A DNA stretch of 64,000 nucleotides, from the NCBI GenBank assembly GCA_963754315.1, contig CAVWFS010000013.1, forward strand, positions 192,765-256,764. Direction: 5' to 3'. Origin of the DNA: an uncultured Candidatus Rokubacteria bacterium (lineage in GTDB: Bacteria; Methylomirabilota; Methylomirabilia; Rokubacteriales; CSP1-6). The translations under genes were made by a program, and so were the position numbers. The notes beneath the pieces were generated by a model that was given only the letters and a program-made list of their open reading frames with translations, did no database searches and was not told the DNA's origin. How positions within the stretch are numbered: the stretch's first letter is position 1; every line of letters begins with the position of its first letter. Positions 43,841 through 52,748 of this stretch are shown one piece after another.

Positions 43841-43868
43841 GAGCCGACCGCCAGAGGAGACGAGAACG

Positions 43869-44897
43869 ATGACCAAACGGTATGACCGCGATCTCATCGG
43901 GTATGGACCGCACCCGCCCGATCCGAAGTGGCCGAATGGCGCCCGCCTGGCCGTCAATTTCGTCATCAACTACGAAGAGGGATCGGAACCGTCGGTCCAG
44001 GATGGTGAAGGCTTCTCGGAGACGGGTCTCACCGAGGCGCACGGGCTGAATCAGGCCGGCCGGGGCCGTGACCTCGCGGCGGAGACCATGTTCGAGTACG
44101 GCAGTCGCGTCGGTTTCTGGCGGCTGATGCGCCTCTTCCAGGAGCGCCACCTGCCCTTGACCATCTTTGGATGCGCGCTCGCCCTCGAGCGCAATCCCCT
44201 CGCGGCCGAGGCCATCCGCACGGCGGGATTCGACGTGTGCAGTCACGGCTGGCGCTGGGTGAAACACTACGAGCTCACGCGCAACACGGAGCGCGCCCAC
44301 ATCGCGCGGGCGGTGGCCTCTTTCGAGAAGACGATCGGCGAGCGGCCGCTCGGCTGGTACTGCCGCTACGGCCCGAGCGTCAACACACGCCAGCTGGTCG
44401 TGGAAGAGGGGGGCTTCCTCTACGACTCCGACGCCTACAACGACGAGTTGCCGTACTGGGTGACGGTGCAGGGCCGGCCGCACCTGGTGGTGCCCTACTC
44501 GCTCACCAACAACGACGGCAAGTACGCCGGCTGGACCGGCACCTCCGATCAGTGGTTTTCGTTCATCAAGGACGCCTTCGACATGCTCCATCGCGAAGGA
44601 GCCGCCCAGCCCAAGATGATGTCGGTGGGCCTGCACATGCGGATGATCGGCCACCCCGCGCGCGCGGTCGGGCTCGAGCGCCTGCTCGACTACATGATGA
44701 AGCAAGACGGGGTGTGGATCACGCGGCGGCTCGACATCGCACGCCACTGGATCAAGACGCATCCGTATCCGGGCAAGGGCTTGAACGAAGAAGACGCCAA
44801 ACCCGTCCGGCAGGCCGCTGGCATGTTGAAAGGGCGGACATCGCTCACTCGTGCGCTGCTCGCCGAGCACAAGAAAGAGCGCTCGCGTGGCCGGTAG
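43869..44897 (+). CDS. puuE: Allantoinase PuuE (polysaccharide deacetylase fold) with a foreign C-terminal extension
   Basis: RDLIGYG, WPNGAR, NYEEG, EYGSRVGFWR, PKMMSVGLH; the family end HWIKTHPY is followed by about 40 unrelated residues. Confidence 0.9.
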   Translation: MTKRYDRDLIGYGPHPPDPKWPNGARLAVNFVINYEEGSEPSVQDGEGFSETGLTEAHGLNQAGRGRDLAAETMFEYGSRVGFWRLMRLFQERHLPLTIFGCALALERNPLAAEAIRTAGFDVCSHGWRWVKHYELTRNTERAHIARAVASFEKTIGERPLGWYCRYGPSVNTRQLVVEEGGFLYDSDAYNDELPYWVTVQGRPHLVVPYSLTNNDGKYAGWTGTSDQWFSFIKDAFDMLHREGAAQPKMMSVGLHMRMIGHPARAVGLERLLDYMMKQDGVWITRRLDIARHWIKTHPYPGKGLNEEDAKPVRQAAGMLKGRTSLTRALLAEHKKERSRGR

Positions 44898-44975
44898 TCC
44901 GGCCGCCTGCGTCTCGACAGCTTCGCGCTCCTGGCTTACCTCGAGGGAGAGGCGGGGATGGCGCGTGTCGCGGCG
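44790..44975 (+). pseudogene. Remnant of an AbrB-type antitoxin 3' end plus VapC (PIN) toxin 5' end
   Basis: PVRQAAGMLKGRTSLTRALLAEHKKE, then a GTG at 44887 giving V(L)DSFALLAYLEGEAGMARV with one indel. Confidence 0.6.
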
Positions 44976-44988
44976 GGCCCGCCCGAAC

Positions 44989-45912
44989 TCAGCTTCCTGC
45001 TGCGCGCGTTTCTCCCGTCGCCGCCACGCGCACCTGCACGTGCGCACGCTCCTCCTGGAGCGTGAGGAAAATCGACGCGTCGCGATCCGCCCAGCCTCGC
45101 GCGATGCCCTCCATCATCTCCTGCTCGCACAGCGCGCCGAGACGCATCGGCACGTCGTAGGACTTCCCGAGGTCGACCGCCAGTCCGAGGTCCTTCCGCG
45201 CGAGCCGGAGCGAGAAGCGCGGCTCGAACTCACCGCGCAGATAGGTCGCGGGGAGCCGCACCTTCATGCTCATCTGCTGCCCGAGCGCCGCCTGGCGGAA
45301 CACGTCCACGATGGTCTCGGCCGAGACACCCGCCCGGACGCCGGCCGTCCAGCACTCGGCCAGCGCCATGTCGAGCGTGAAGCTCGCGCAGTTGTGCATG
45401 AGCTTGCAGACGGAGCCGTTTCCGATCCCGCCGGTGTACATCACGCGCGAGGCCAGCGCGTCGAGGATCGGCCGCGCGCGCTCGAAGACCGACGGCTCGC
45501 CGCCGACCATCACGAGCAGATCGCGGGTCTGTGCGCCCTCCATGCCGCCGCTGACGGGGGCGTCGAGCATGTCAACACCCTTCGCCCGCAGCAACCCATG
45601 CACCCGTCGCACGAGCGCGGGCGCGTTGGTCGTGTGATCGATGTAGAGGGCGCCTGGCTTCATGGCACCCACGAGGCCGTTCGGGCCGAGCGTCACCTGC
45701 TCCATCTGGGGAGGCCCAGGCAGACAGGTGGCGACCGTCTCGCACTCGGCGGCGACGGCGGCGGGTGAATCCGCCCAGACGGCGCCCGCCGAGAGCAGCG
45801 GGGCGCCGGCCTCGCGGCGGACGTCGTGCACGACGAGCTGATGGCCCGCCCGCAGGAGCTGGGCGGCCATCGGGCTGCCGATGCTGCCGACGCCGATGAA
45901 CCCGAGCTTCAC
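44989..45912 (-). CDS. 3-hydroxyisobutyrate dehydrogenase / tartronate semialdehyde reductase family
   Basis: LGFIGVGSIG, DAPVSGG, CKLMHN, KDL. Confidence 0.9.
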   Translation of the reverse strand: MKLGFIGVGSIGSPMAAQLLRAGHQLVVHDVRREAGAPLLSAGAVWADSPAAVAAECETVATCLPGPPQMEQVTLGPNGLVGAMKPGALYIDHTTNAPALVRRVHGLLRAKGVDMLDAPVSGGMEGAQTRDLLVMVGGEPSVFERARPILDALASRVMYTGGIGNGSVCKLMHNCASFTLDMALAECWTAGVRAGVSAETIVDVFRQAALGQQMSMKVRLPATYLRGEFEPRFSLRLARKDLGLAVDLGKSYDVPMRLGALCEQEMMEGIARGWADRDASIFLTLQEERAHVQVRVAATGETRAAGS

Positions 45913-47033
45913 GAGAGGGAATAGAGCTTCAGGACGTTGTCCCAGAGGATCTTCTTCTTGCTCTGCTCGCTCAGCGGCAGCTTCAGGAAGCGATCCATGG
46001 CGCCCGGGTACTTCGAGTCCCCGTGCGGATAGTCGGTGGTGGTGACGAGGTTGTCGTCGCCGATCGCCTGCACGACATGGCTCACGAACTCCTCGTCGCA
46101 CTCGACCGCACAGAATCCCCCTCGGCGGAAGTACTCGGACGGTGGCATCGAGAGGTGCGTCATCTCTCCGTACGGCTCCCGCCACTCGTAGTGCTCGTCC
46201 ATGCGGTGGAGCCAGAACGGCAGCCAGCCGCACTGGGCCTCGAGAAACGCCATGCGCAGGCGCGGGAAGCGCTCCATGACGCCACCCATGATCACGTCCA
46301 TGCACGCGAGCATCTGCTCCACAGAATGCGTGGAGATGTGGACGATGCCCATCTGCTGGAAGCGGTCGGTCCCCGCTGCGCGCATACGCGAGCCCGTGGT
46401 CTCGTGGAAGCCGACCGGGACGTTCAGCTCCTGACACGTCGCCCACAGCGGGTCGTAATAGGCATCGTGCCACGGGCGATGGTTGAAGATGTTCGGGCGG
46501 AGGAAGATCGCCTTCATCCCGAGCTGCGTCACCGCGCGGCGCGTCTCGGCCACCGCCGTCGTGACGTCGTGCGGCGAGATCGCCGCGGCCCCGAACACTC
46601 GCTTGGGGTCACCGGCCTGGATGTAGTCGTGCAGCCAGTCGTTGTAGGCCCGGCAGGCGGCGGCCGCGAAGCGGGCGTCCATCGTCTCGAACGCCGTGAC
46701 GTACATCGCGGACGTCGGAAAGAGGATCGCGAGGTCAAGCCCTTCCTTGTCCATGGCGCGAACCTGGGACGCCGGATCGAAATCGCACGCGATCTCCTCC
46801 GCATAGCGATCCCCGAGCGCCTTCTCCTCGGCGTCGGTCAGCGCCGGCCAGTCGCCGTGCGGCATGGCCGCCATGACCTCACCCTCCACCATCGTGCGGA
46901 TGTCCCAGCGGCGCTCGCGCAGGCGCCGCGGCGCCCGCGCCTTGAACTCGGGGTCGATGTACCGCTCCCAGAGGTCAACCGGCTCCATCACGTGCATCTC
47001 GGCATCGATGATCTGGAATCCCTGCTTGGCCAT
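45909..47033 (-). CDS. Amidohydrolase_2 family protein
   Basis: IDAEMHVMEP, YNDWL, FHE, ERFPRLR, TDYPH. Confidence 0.85.
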   Translation of the reverse strand: MAKQGFQIIDAEMHVMEPVDLWERYIDPEFKARAPRRLRERRWDIRTMVEGEVMAAMPHGDWPALTDAEEKALGDRYAEEIACDFDPASQVRAMDKEGLDLAILFPTSAMYVTAFETMDARFAAAACRAYNDWLHDYIQAGDPKRVFGAAAISPHDVTTAVAETRRAVTQLGMKAIFLRPNIFNHRPWHDAYYDPLWATCQELNVPVGFHETTGSRMRAAGTDRFQQMGIVHISTHSVEQMLACMDVIMGGVMERFPRLRMAFLEAQCGWLPFWLHRMDEHYEWREPYGEMTHLSMPPSEYFRRGGFCAVECDEEFVSHVVQAIGDDNLVTTTDYPHGDSKYPGAMDRFLKLPLSEQSKKKILWDNVLKLYSLS

Positions 47034-47086
47034 GGCATCTCTCCTTCGCCATGAAGCCTATGCCTCTGCTCGTCTGGCCGTCAACT

Positions 47087-47443
47087 TCAGCGCGGCGCAC
47101 GGCTCAGATCGAGGACCACACCTGCAAGACCTTCGGGATGCTCGTGGGCCACCTGCTCCAGGGCGTCCGCGATCGCCGAGAACTCGTCCGTCCCGAACGT
47201 CGAGGGGACCAGAACAATGCCCGCATGCTCGATATTCGCGGCAATGAATTCCCCCGCCAGCTCCGTGAAGTCGGCAAGATCGCACGTGACGATCGCACGG
47301 CGTTCGCTGGTGGCATAGTGCAGCTGGGTTCCGTCGTCGAGCTGGGTGTTGCCGACCTCGTGAGCACTGACCACATCCAACCCACGCGCACGAAGGATCT
47401 CCGCGACGTGCGGTGACAGATTCTCGTCCAGGTAGAACGTCAC
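47087..47443 (-). CDS. DUF5615 (Mut7-C-type) PIN toxin
   Basis: FYLDENLS, DD, IVTCD..DF, HAGIV. Confidence 0.85.
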   Translation of the reverse strand: MTFYLDENLSPHVAEILRARGLDVVSAHEVGNTQLDDGTQLHYATSERRAIVTCDLADFTELAGEFIAANIEHAGIVLVPSTFGTDEFSAIADALEQVAHEHPEGLAGVVLDLSRAPR

Positions 47444-47913
47444 CCGACGGTGAGGATGCGGACGAGCCCAGGATAGCGCCGCTCAAGCGCCTCCGCTGTC
47501 AGCGCCGCATTCGCCTCGACCTGTCGCCGGATTTCCTCGGGATACCGCCTGAAGTAGATCAGCGCGGCAGTCAATTGCGCCGAAGACAGTTGCGGGAAAG
47601 CCCGGCGCACGCGCTCCAGGTCCGCGTCTCGCACGAAGTCGCGGAAGACCTCCCAGACACCCAGCCCCGTGCCCGAGATCTTCGCTGTGCGGCCTGCCGG
47701 CTCCGTCGCGAAGTAGATCCCCGGACACTCTCGCATCCGAAGACCCTCCTCGATAAGCTCCTGGGCGACTTCCGAGACCGACCGTCGGGCACGTGTCGCC
47801 GCCTGCTCGAGCCCTGCGCGCACTGACCGACGTAGCCGCATGGTCGTCGACACCGTGCCCTCGGGGCGCGCGGCACCACGACGACCGCGGCGGGGGCGGC
47901 TCCTCGCGCTCAT
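47440..47913 (-). CDS. RHH + DUF433 antitoxin
   Basis: TTMRL RHH strand, GTGLGVWEV, ALIYFRRYPEEI; GTGA overlap with the toxin. Confidence 0.8.
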   Translation of the reverse strand: MSARSRPRRGRRGAARPEGTVSTTMRLRRSVRAGLEQAATRARRSVSEVAQELIEEGLRMRECPGIYFATEPAGRTAKISGTGLGVWEVFRDFVRDADLERVRRAFPQLSSAQLTAALIYFRRYPEEIRRQVEANAALTAEALERRYPGLVRILTVG

Positions 47914-47921
47914 GGATAGAG

Positions 47922-47947
47922 CTTACAAGGTAAGACAACCACTTACA
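47922..47947. promoter_or_regulatory. Probable autoregulatory operator of the TA pair
   Basis: Palindrome CTTAC-AAG-GTAAG plus a second CTTAC half-site just upstream of the antitoxin start. Confidence 0.5.
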
Positions 47948-48065
47948 AACCTGTCGATCAGCACGTGGCCCGGGACGCATACCGTTCAGCACACCCTAGA
48001 CGACGCATCCGATCTCCCGTGGCCGTAACAGGGCAAGGTATTGTTGTGCCCAGTGGGAGGGCACG

Positions 48066-48542
48066 ATGGCAGAGGATTGGGATCAGCAGCTCACGGTGTT
48101 CGGTGAGAGCCTTCGCACCCTTCCGCAACTCGTGGAAGGCGTCTCGGCTGACCGCCTCCGCCGCATCCCGACACCGGGCGAGTGGTCGGCCCACGTCGTC
48201 GTATGTCACCTCGTGCTCGACGAGATGAACACGACGGTAATCCTGCGACTCATCCTCACCGAGGACTGTCCGATACTTCCGAACATCGACGGGGACAATC
48301 GTCTCTGCGCGACGCGGTTCGCTCCGCTCTACGCCGACACCGCGACGGCGCTCGGCGTCTGGCGCGCTCTGCGCGAGGACAACATCCGACTCTGTGCCTC
48401 CGTGTCGCTCGACGACCTGGAACGGGTCGGGCGCGCTCCGTGGAGGAACGGCGAGCGCATCACGTTCCATGGTTACGTCGCAACCCGCTGCCGTCACGAC
48501 CGCGCTCACATCGAGCAGATCAGGTCGGCGCTTTCAGGCTGA
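48066..48542 (+). CDS. DinB family protein
   Basis: EWSAHVVVCHL and HDRAHIEQI metal-binding histidines. Confidence 0.85.
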   Translation: MAEDWDQQLTVFGESLRTLPQLVEGVSADRLRRIPTPGEWSAHVVVCHLVLDEMNTTVILRLILTEDCPILPNIDGDNRLCATRFAPLYADTATALGVWRALREDNIRLCASVSLDDLERVGRAPWRNGERITFHGYVATRCRHDRAHIEQIRSALSG

Positions 48543-48575
48543 CGTACCAGCAGGGCCAGTCTCATCCAGGGTTCA

Positions 48576-48652
48576 CTCCGATGGCTCAGAAAAGAAGATG
48601 CTCACGTCGCGGCACGTTCTGGTCGAGGATGACGCAGCGCGATCTGCATTCG
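48576..48652 (-). pseudogene. Degenerate copy of the 3' end of the dioxygenase beta-subunit gene at 61285
   Basis: CTCCGATGGCTCAGAA(A)AGAAGATGCTCACGT...GCACGTTCTGGTCGAGGATGA...GCGATCT aligns with about 61275-61363. Confidence 0.8.
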
Positions 48653-48744
48653 AGTGATGCCATGGCGCGCGCTCGGCGTTGACATCGCGCGAAGCCGTCT
48701 CCGATACTCGTCGAGCGGTCGCACCCCCACGCCGGGAGATCAGG

Positions 48745-49752
48745 ATGAAGGCCATGGTCATCCGCGAGTTCGGTCCACCGGAAGTGATGCGCCTCGAGGA
48801 CGTGCCCGCGCCGGTCCCCGGCCCCGACGAGGTCCTCGTCCGCGTTCACGCGGTGTCGGTGAACCGGACCCTGGATCTGGCGGTGCGCGCTGGCACCTAC
48901 GCCGTGCGGGCCGCGCTGCCGCACGTCCTCGGGGTCGATCCGTCCGGCGTCGTCGCCGCCATCGGCCCCGGCGTCACCACGCACACGGTTGGCGACCGAG
49001 TGGTGACGCGCCAGATCCTGCGCCCGGGCGGAGCGACGGCGGGCCCGTCCCTGCTCGGTGTCCACGCGTGGGGAGGCTACGCGGAATTCGTGAAGGTCCC
49101 CGTGACCGCCACCCACCCGATACCGAACGGCCTCGACTACGTGACCGCCACCGTGGTCGCGCGCCACGCGCCTACCGCGCTCAGCATGCTACGCGACGTC
49201 GCCAGGCTCGCCCCGGGCGAGTGGGTGCTCGTGATGGGCGCCTCGGGCGGGCTCGGCATCGCCGGAATCCAGGTGGCCAAGTCCTTCGGCGCTCACGTCA
49301 TCGCGGCGGCCGGCGCCGACGACCGCGTGCGCGCGGCCGTCGGGCTCGGCGCCGATGCCGGCGTCAACTATCGCGCGCAGGACCTGGCCGCGGAGACCCG
49401 CCGCCTGACCGGCGGGCGCGGCGTCGACGTCGTCTTCGAGAACATCGCCGATGCCGACCTCTTCCCCAAGGCCTTCGCCAGCCTTGCCCGTCATGGCCGC
49501 CTGATCACGGCCGGCGCCCATGGCGGCGGCACCGTCCCGCTCGACATCAAGTCGCTCTATCTCAATGGCCTTACCGTCATCGGCTCCACCGGCCAGGTCA
49601 CGCCAGACGATCTCACGGTCACGCTGCGGGCCGCGGCGGAGGGCCGCCACCGCGTCCTCGTGGACCGCGTCCTGCCCCTCAGCGAGGCGGCGCTGGCTCA
49701 CCGGATCGTGGCCGAACGCTCGGGCACCGGCAAGATCGTCCTCCAACCCTGA
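48745..49752 (+). CDS. MDR-family (quinone oxidoreductase-like) dehydrogenase
   Basis: MKAMVIREFGPPEV, GASGGLG, GRGVDVV, GKIVL. Confidence 0.9.
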   Translation: MKAMVIREFGPPEVMRLEDVPAPVPGPDEVLVRVHAVSVNRTLDLAVRAGTYAVRAALPHVLGVDPSGVVAAIGPGVTTHTVGDRVVTRQILRPGGATAGPSLLGVHAWGGYAEFVKVPVTATHPIPNGLDYVTATVVARHAPTALSMLRDVARLAPGEWVLVMGASGGLGIAGIQVAKSFGAHVIAAAGADDRVRAAVGLGADAGVNYRAQDLAAETRRLTGGRGVDVVFENIADADLFPKAFASLARHGRLITAGAHGGGTVPLDIKSLYLNGLTVIGSTGQVTPDDLTVTLRAAAEGRHRVLVDRVLPLSEAALAHRIVAERSGTGKIVLQP

Positions 49753-49801
49753 GGGTGTGCTCGGGCCGACAAGCTGACCCACGCCGAGCGTGTGCAGCGC
49801 A
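49718..49801 (+). repeat. Direct repeat copy 1 (about 85 bp; gene 3' end plus downstream DNA)
   Basis: Near-identical to 54830-54916. Confidence 0.95.
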
Positions 49802-50140
49802 CCAGGCGCGAGGCGTACGGGCGCCGGACGCATGGGCAGGGGAACGAGTGTAGGCGGCGGCAAACGCCGGCCTCGAGATCGGCGTCGCGATGCCATCGTC
49901 AGCTCTTCCGATACGGAAGATAGCAAGTGTTCTTAGATTACACGGTCGTCCACCACCAGCGACGGCTCCTGGCGTCTGCCGCCGCCGGACCGCGCACACT
50001 CGCTACCAACGCCGGCCCACGCCCCTGAAAGGCCGACGTCCCGGGATGGCGGTAGACTCTCCGAGGATGGCCACGCGTCACACTGCAACTCTGAATCGAA
50101 GTAGGGCGCCGAGAGGACACAACGAAGACTCGGACGTGCA

Positions 50141-50377
50141 TTGATGGCCGCGGCCGTCGCCGGGCTCGCCTCGACCGCGTGCGCGCCTCCCCTGACCGCG
50201 CTGTCCGTCCGCGGCGAATGGGTCAAGCCCGGCGCCGATGCCCGCCAGGTGCGGACCGATCTCTACGAGTGTGAGCGACACGCAGTCACCTCCGGCGACG
50301 GCGAAGCCCAGCGCGTGCTCTTCGAGCGGTGCATGCAAGCGCGGGGCTACGCGCGCAGGCCGTCCGGGACTCAGTGA
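50141..50377 (+). CDS. Small lipoprotein
   Basis: Lipobox-like STAC; WVKPG...DLYEC...FERCMQARGY. Confidence 0.65.
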   Translation: MMAAAVAGLASTACAPPLTALSVRGEWVKPGADARQVRTDLYECERHAVTSGDGEAQRVLFERCMQARGYARRPSGTQ

Positions 50378-50390
50378 TGGAGACCAGCAC

Positions 50391-51395
50391 ATGAAGCTCG
50401 GCACGTCACTTCGCTTCCTGTTCCCGACCTCGCCAGCCACTCATGAACGCTTCCGACGCATCCTCGCATCGATGCCGAAGGGGGCCTTCATCGAAAGGCC
50501 GCTGGGCGCCTATTCGGCGGACGAACAAGCGCGCAACCTGATGGAGGTCGCGTCTGCGGCTCGCGGGGCCGGACTGGACGCGCTCCTGACCGGGGACAGT
50601 CATGCCGCAAACCCCGCCTACGCCGCGACGTTCTCCCCATTGCCTACCGCCGCTCGCCTGATGAGCGTGACCGGCGATATGCCCATCGGCGTCGTCCTGC
50701 TCGCCCCCTTTTATCACCCACTCCTGCTGGCCGAGCAGATCGGCACCCTCGCCGCCTTTGCGGAAGGACCGCTGATCGTGACCTTTGTCCTCGGGGGCCG
50801 CCCGCAACAGTTCCAGGCGTTCGGCATGGAGGAAAACAGCCGCGTCGGCCGCCTCGAGGAAGTGGTTAGCGTAGTCCGGGCGCTCCTCTCCGGCGAGCAC
50901 GTTACCCACCGGGGCCGCTACTACACGCTGGAGGGCGCCACCATTAGCCCCTTGCCCCGTGTCCCTGTGGAGATCTGGCTCGGAGGGACGGTCCCCGCAT
51001 CCGCGGAGCGCGCCGGGCGGCTGGGCGATGCCTGGCTGACGGGACAGAATGCGACGGACGACGACCTCGTGCGGCAGCTTGAACTGTATCGCGAAGCGGC
51101 ACTGCGCTCCGGGCGCCCACCGCGACCGGTCTTGCGCCGCGACATCTACGTCGGCGAGTCCGACGCGGAGGCGCGCGCCGTCGTCGGCTCCATCCTCGCC
51201 GAGGGCTATCGCGGCACCGGTCTCGATCAGTTGCTGGTGGGAAGCGCGGAGACCGTCGTCCGGGACCTGCGGAAGTACCGGAACATGGGCTTCGACTACG
51301 TGATGGTGCGGCACATCGTTGGAGACCACCAGCTCATGCTGCGATCGTTCGAGCGCATCGGCCGCGACGTGATGCGCCAGATTCGCGACATCTAG
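50391..51395 (+). CDS. LLM-class flavin-dependent oxidoreductase
   Basis: TGDSH, HPLLLAEQ, IWLGG, RAGRLGDAW. Confidence 0.85.
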   Translation: MKLGTSLRFLFPTSPATHERFRRILASMPKGAFIERPLGAYSADEQARNLMEVASAARGAGLDALLTGDSHAANPAYAATFSPLPTAARLMSVTGDMPIGVVLLAPFYHPLLLAEQIGTLAAFAEGPLIVTFVLGGRPQQFQAFGMEENSRVGRLEEVVSVVRALLSGEHVTHRGRYYTLEGATISPLPRVPVEIWLGGTVPASAERAGRLGDAWLTGQNATDDDLVRQLELYREAALRSGRPPRPVLRRDIYVGESDAEARAVVGSILAEGYRGTGLDQLLVGSAETVVRDLRKYRNMGFDYVMVRHIVGDHQLMLRSFERIGRDVMRQIRDI

Positions 51396-51653
51396 ACACC
51401 GCGAACCGGCCCGCCGGGCAGTCACCCAATGTGCCCAACGAGCCCAACCTGACGCGGGGGCTGCTCGATGAGCGTCCGCGGTCACACGACACGGTGCCGT
51501 CGATGTCGAGCGTGAAAACCACGGATTACTCGCGCGAGACGCCAGCAGTGTCGGCACCACGTGAAGAGTGTGGGGATTGATGAGGTCCTCACGCGTCGCA
51601 CAGCCCCGGGCAGAATCCCTTCGGTGGCCTGCAACGGGTGTGTTGTCGCCGGC

Positions 51654-52385
51654 TCACCGCCGCGCCGGGATCAGGCGAATGGACGGCCGTCCGACGTGGA
51701 CATGCACACCCGTGGAGGAGCCGGAGACCGCTCCTCGAAAGGCCAGGAACGGAATGCCGCGAACATGGAGGTACTCGATGAGCGCCCGCCCCTCCTCACT
51801 GTCCGGATGGACGGCCACGTCGATGGCGCCGCGGTGATCAAGTCCCAGGCGTTCGTGCACTGGCGTTTGGCCCCGCGCGCTCACGGGGAGCGACCGCGCG
51901 AAGCGCTGGGCGAAGAATCGTTCCAGACCACTCACCTGGCTGCTGGTCAGCTCGGTGCCGCCGTCATAGCGGAGGGCGCTCGGCGTACTGACGACGTCTG
52001 CCGTGGGGGGTCGTGGGACGCGGGCAAGCTCGATGCTCGCCAGCGTCTCCGCCAGCAACGCATCCGCCTCCGCTCGTCGCTCGAGCGTCTCCTTCACGCG
52101 GCTCATCGACGCCGCGGCGACCCGCTCGCTGTCCTGCACTTCCCGCCGGGAAACGATGCCTTCCTCGAGCAGGCTCCGCCGTTTGGCCGCCTCCTGCGCG
52201 GCCCGGGACGCGGCCTGCTCTTGAAAGATGAGGAGCTGGTCTAGGGTCTCGCGATAGGCGCGGGTGCTTTCGACGAGCTGCCTTTGGGTGTCAACGAGAT
52301 TGTCAGCCGCGTCCGCGCCCCGGGCGGGAGGGCTCGAGAGCCCGAGAACCAGAGCCACGATCATGACCGCGAAGGACGATTGCAT
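51654..52385 (-). CDS. Exported coiled-coil protein with possible C-terminal DD-peptidase-like Zn site
   Basis: Signal peptide, helical N-half, then DHRGAIDV...HVHVG. Confidence 0.6.
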   Translation of the reverse strand: MQSSFAVMIVALVLGLSSPPARGADAADNLVDTQRQLVESTRAYRETLDQLLIFQEQAASRAAQEAAKRRSLLEEGIVSRREVQDSERVAAASMSRVKETLERRAEADALLAETLASIELARVPRPPTADVVSTPSALRYDGGTELTSSQVSGLERFFAQRFARSLPVSARGQTPVHERLGLDHRGAIDVAVHPDSEEGRALIEYLHVRGIPFLAFRGAVSGSSTGVHVHVGRPSIRLIPARR

Positions 52386-52501
52386 CTACCTTGCATCGTA
52401 GCCCAGCCCGGTACCAGGTTCGCGTCGGGAGGGCCGGCACCCGCGATCTTGTCGAGGCGTCCACGAGAATCCTTCCAATCTGGAGATGCCCGAAAGCATT
52501 C

Positions 52502-52640
52502 TTACCGCTCGCGCTTGACCGCGGCCGGCGGAAGGGTGGGCGCAGTCGCAAAGCTGGCCGGGAGAGGTCCGGTAAGCGTGCCCAGGAACGCCACGATCTC
52601 GGCAATGTCAGTGTCGGGAAGGGTGAAGGGCTTGATCGGC
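52502..52640 (-). pseudogene. 3' remnant of a di-heme cytochrome c peroxidase-like gene
   Basis: Manual translation LPDTDIAEIVAFLGTLTGPLPASFATAPTLPP...*; no upstream heme domains. Confidence 0.65.
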
Positions 52641-52748
52641 AGCGCCTGGCGCTTGTCTGTCGATGAGGGCCAGCGTACCGTGGCGATTCGTACGGTTCAC
52701 GTGGAACCCGTCTCGGCCTTCGCGGTGTCGCGTGGTAAAGTCGCGGCC

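Noticed and set aside
51334..51522. HAD hydrolase fragment (VFTLDIDGT)
   Set aside because: A single short motif with no supporting sequence; may be chance.
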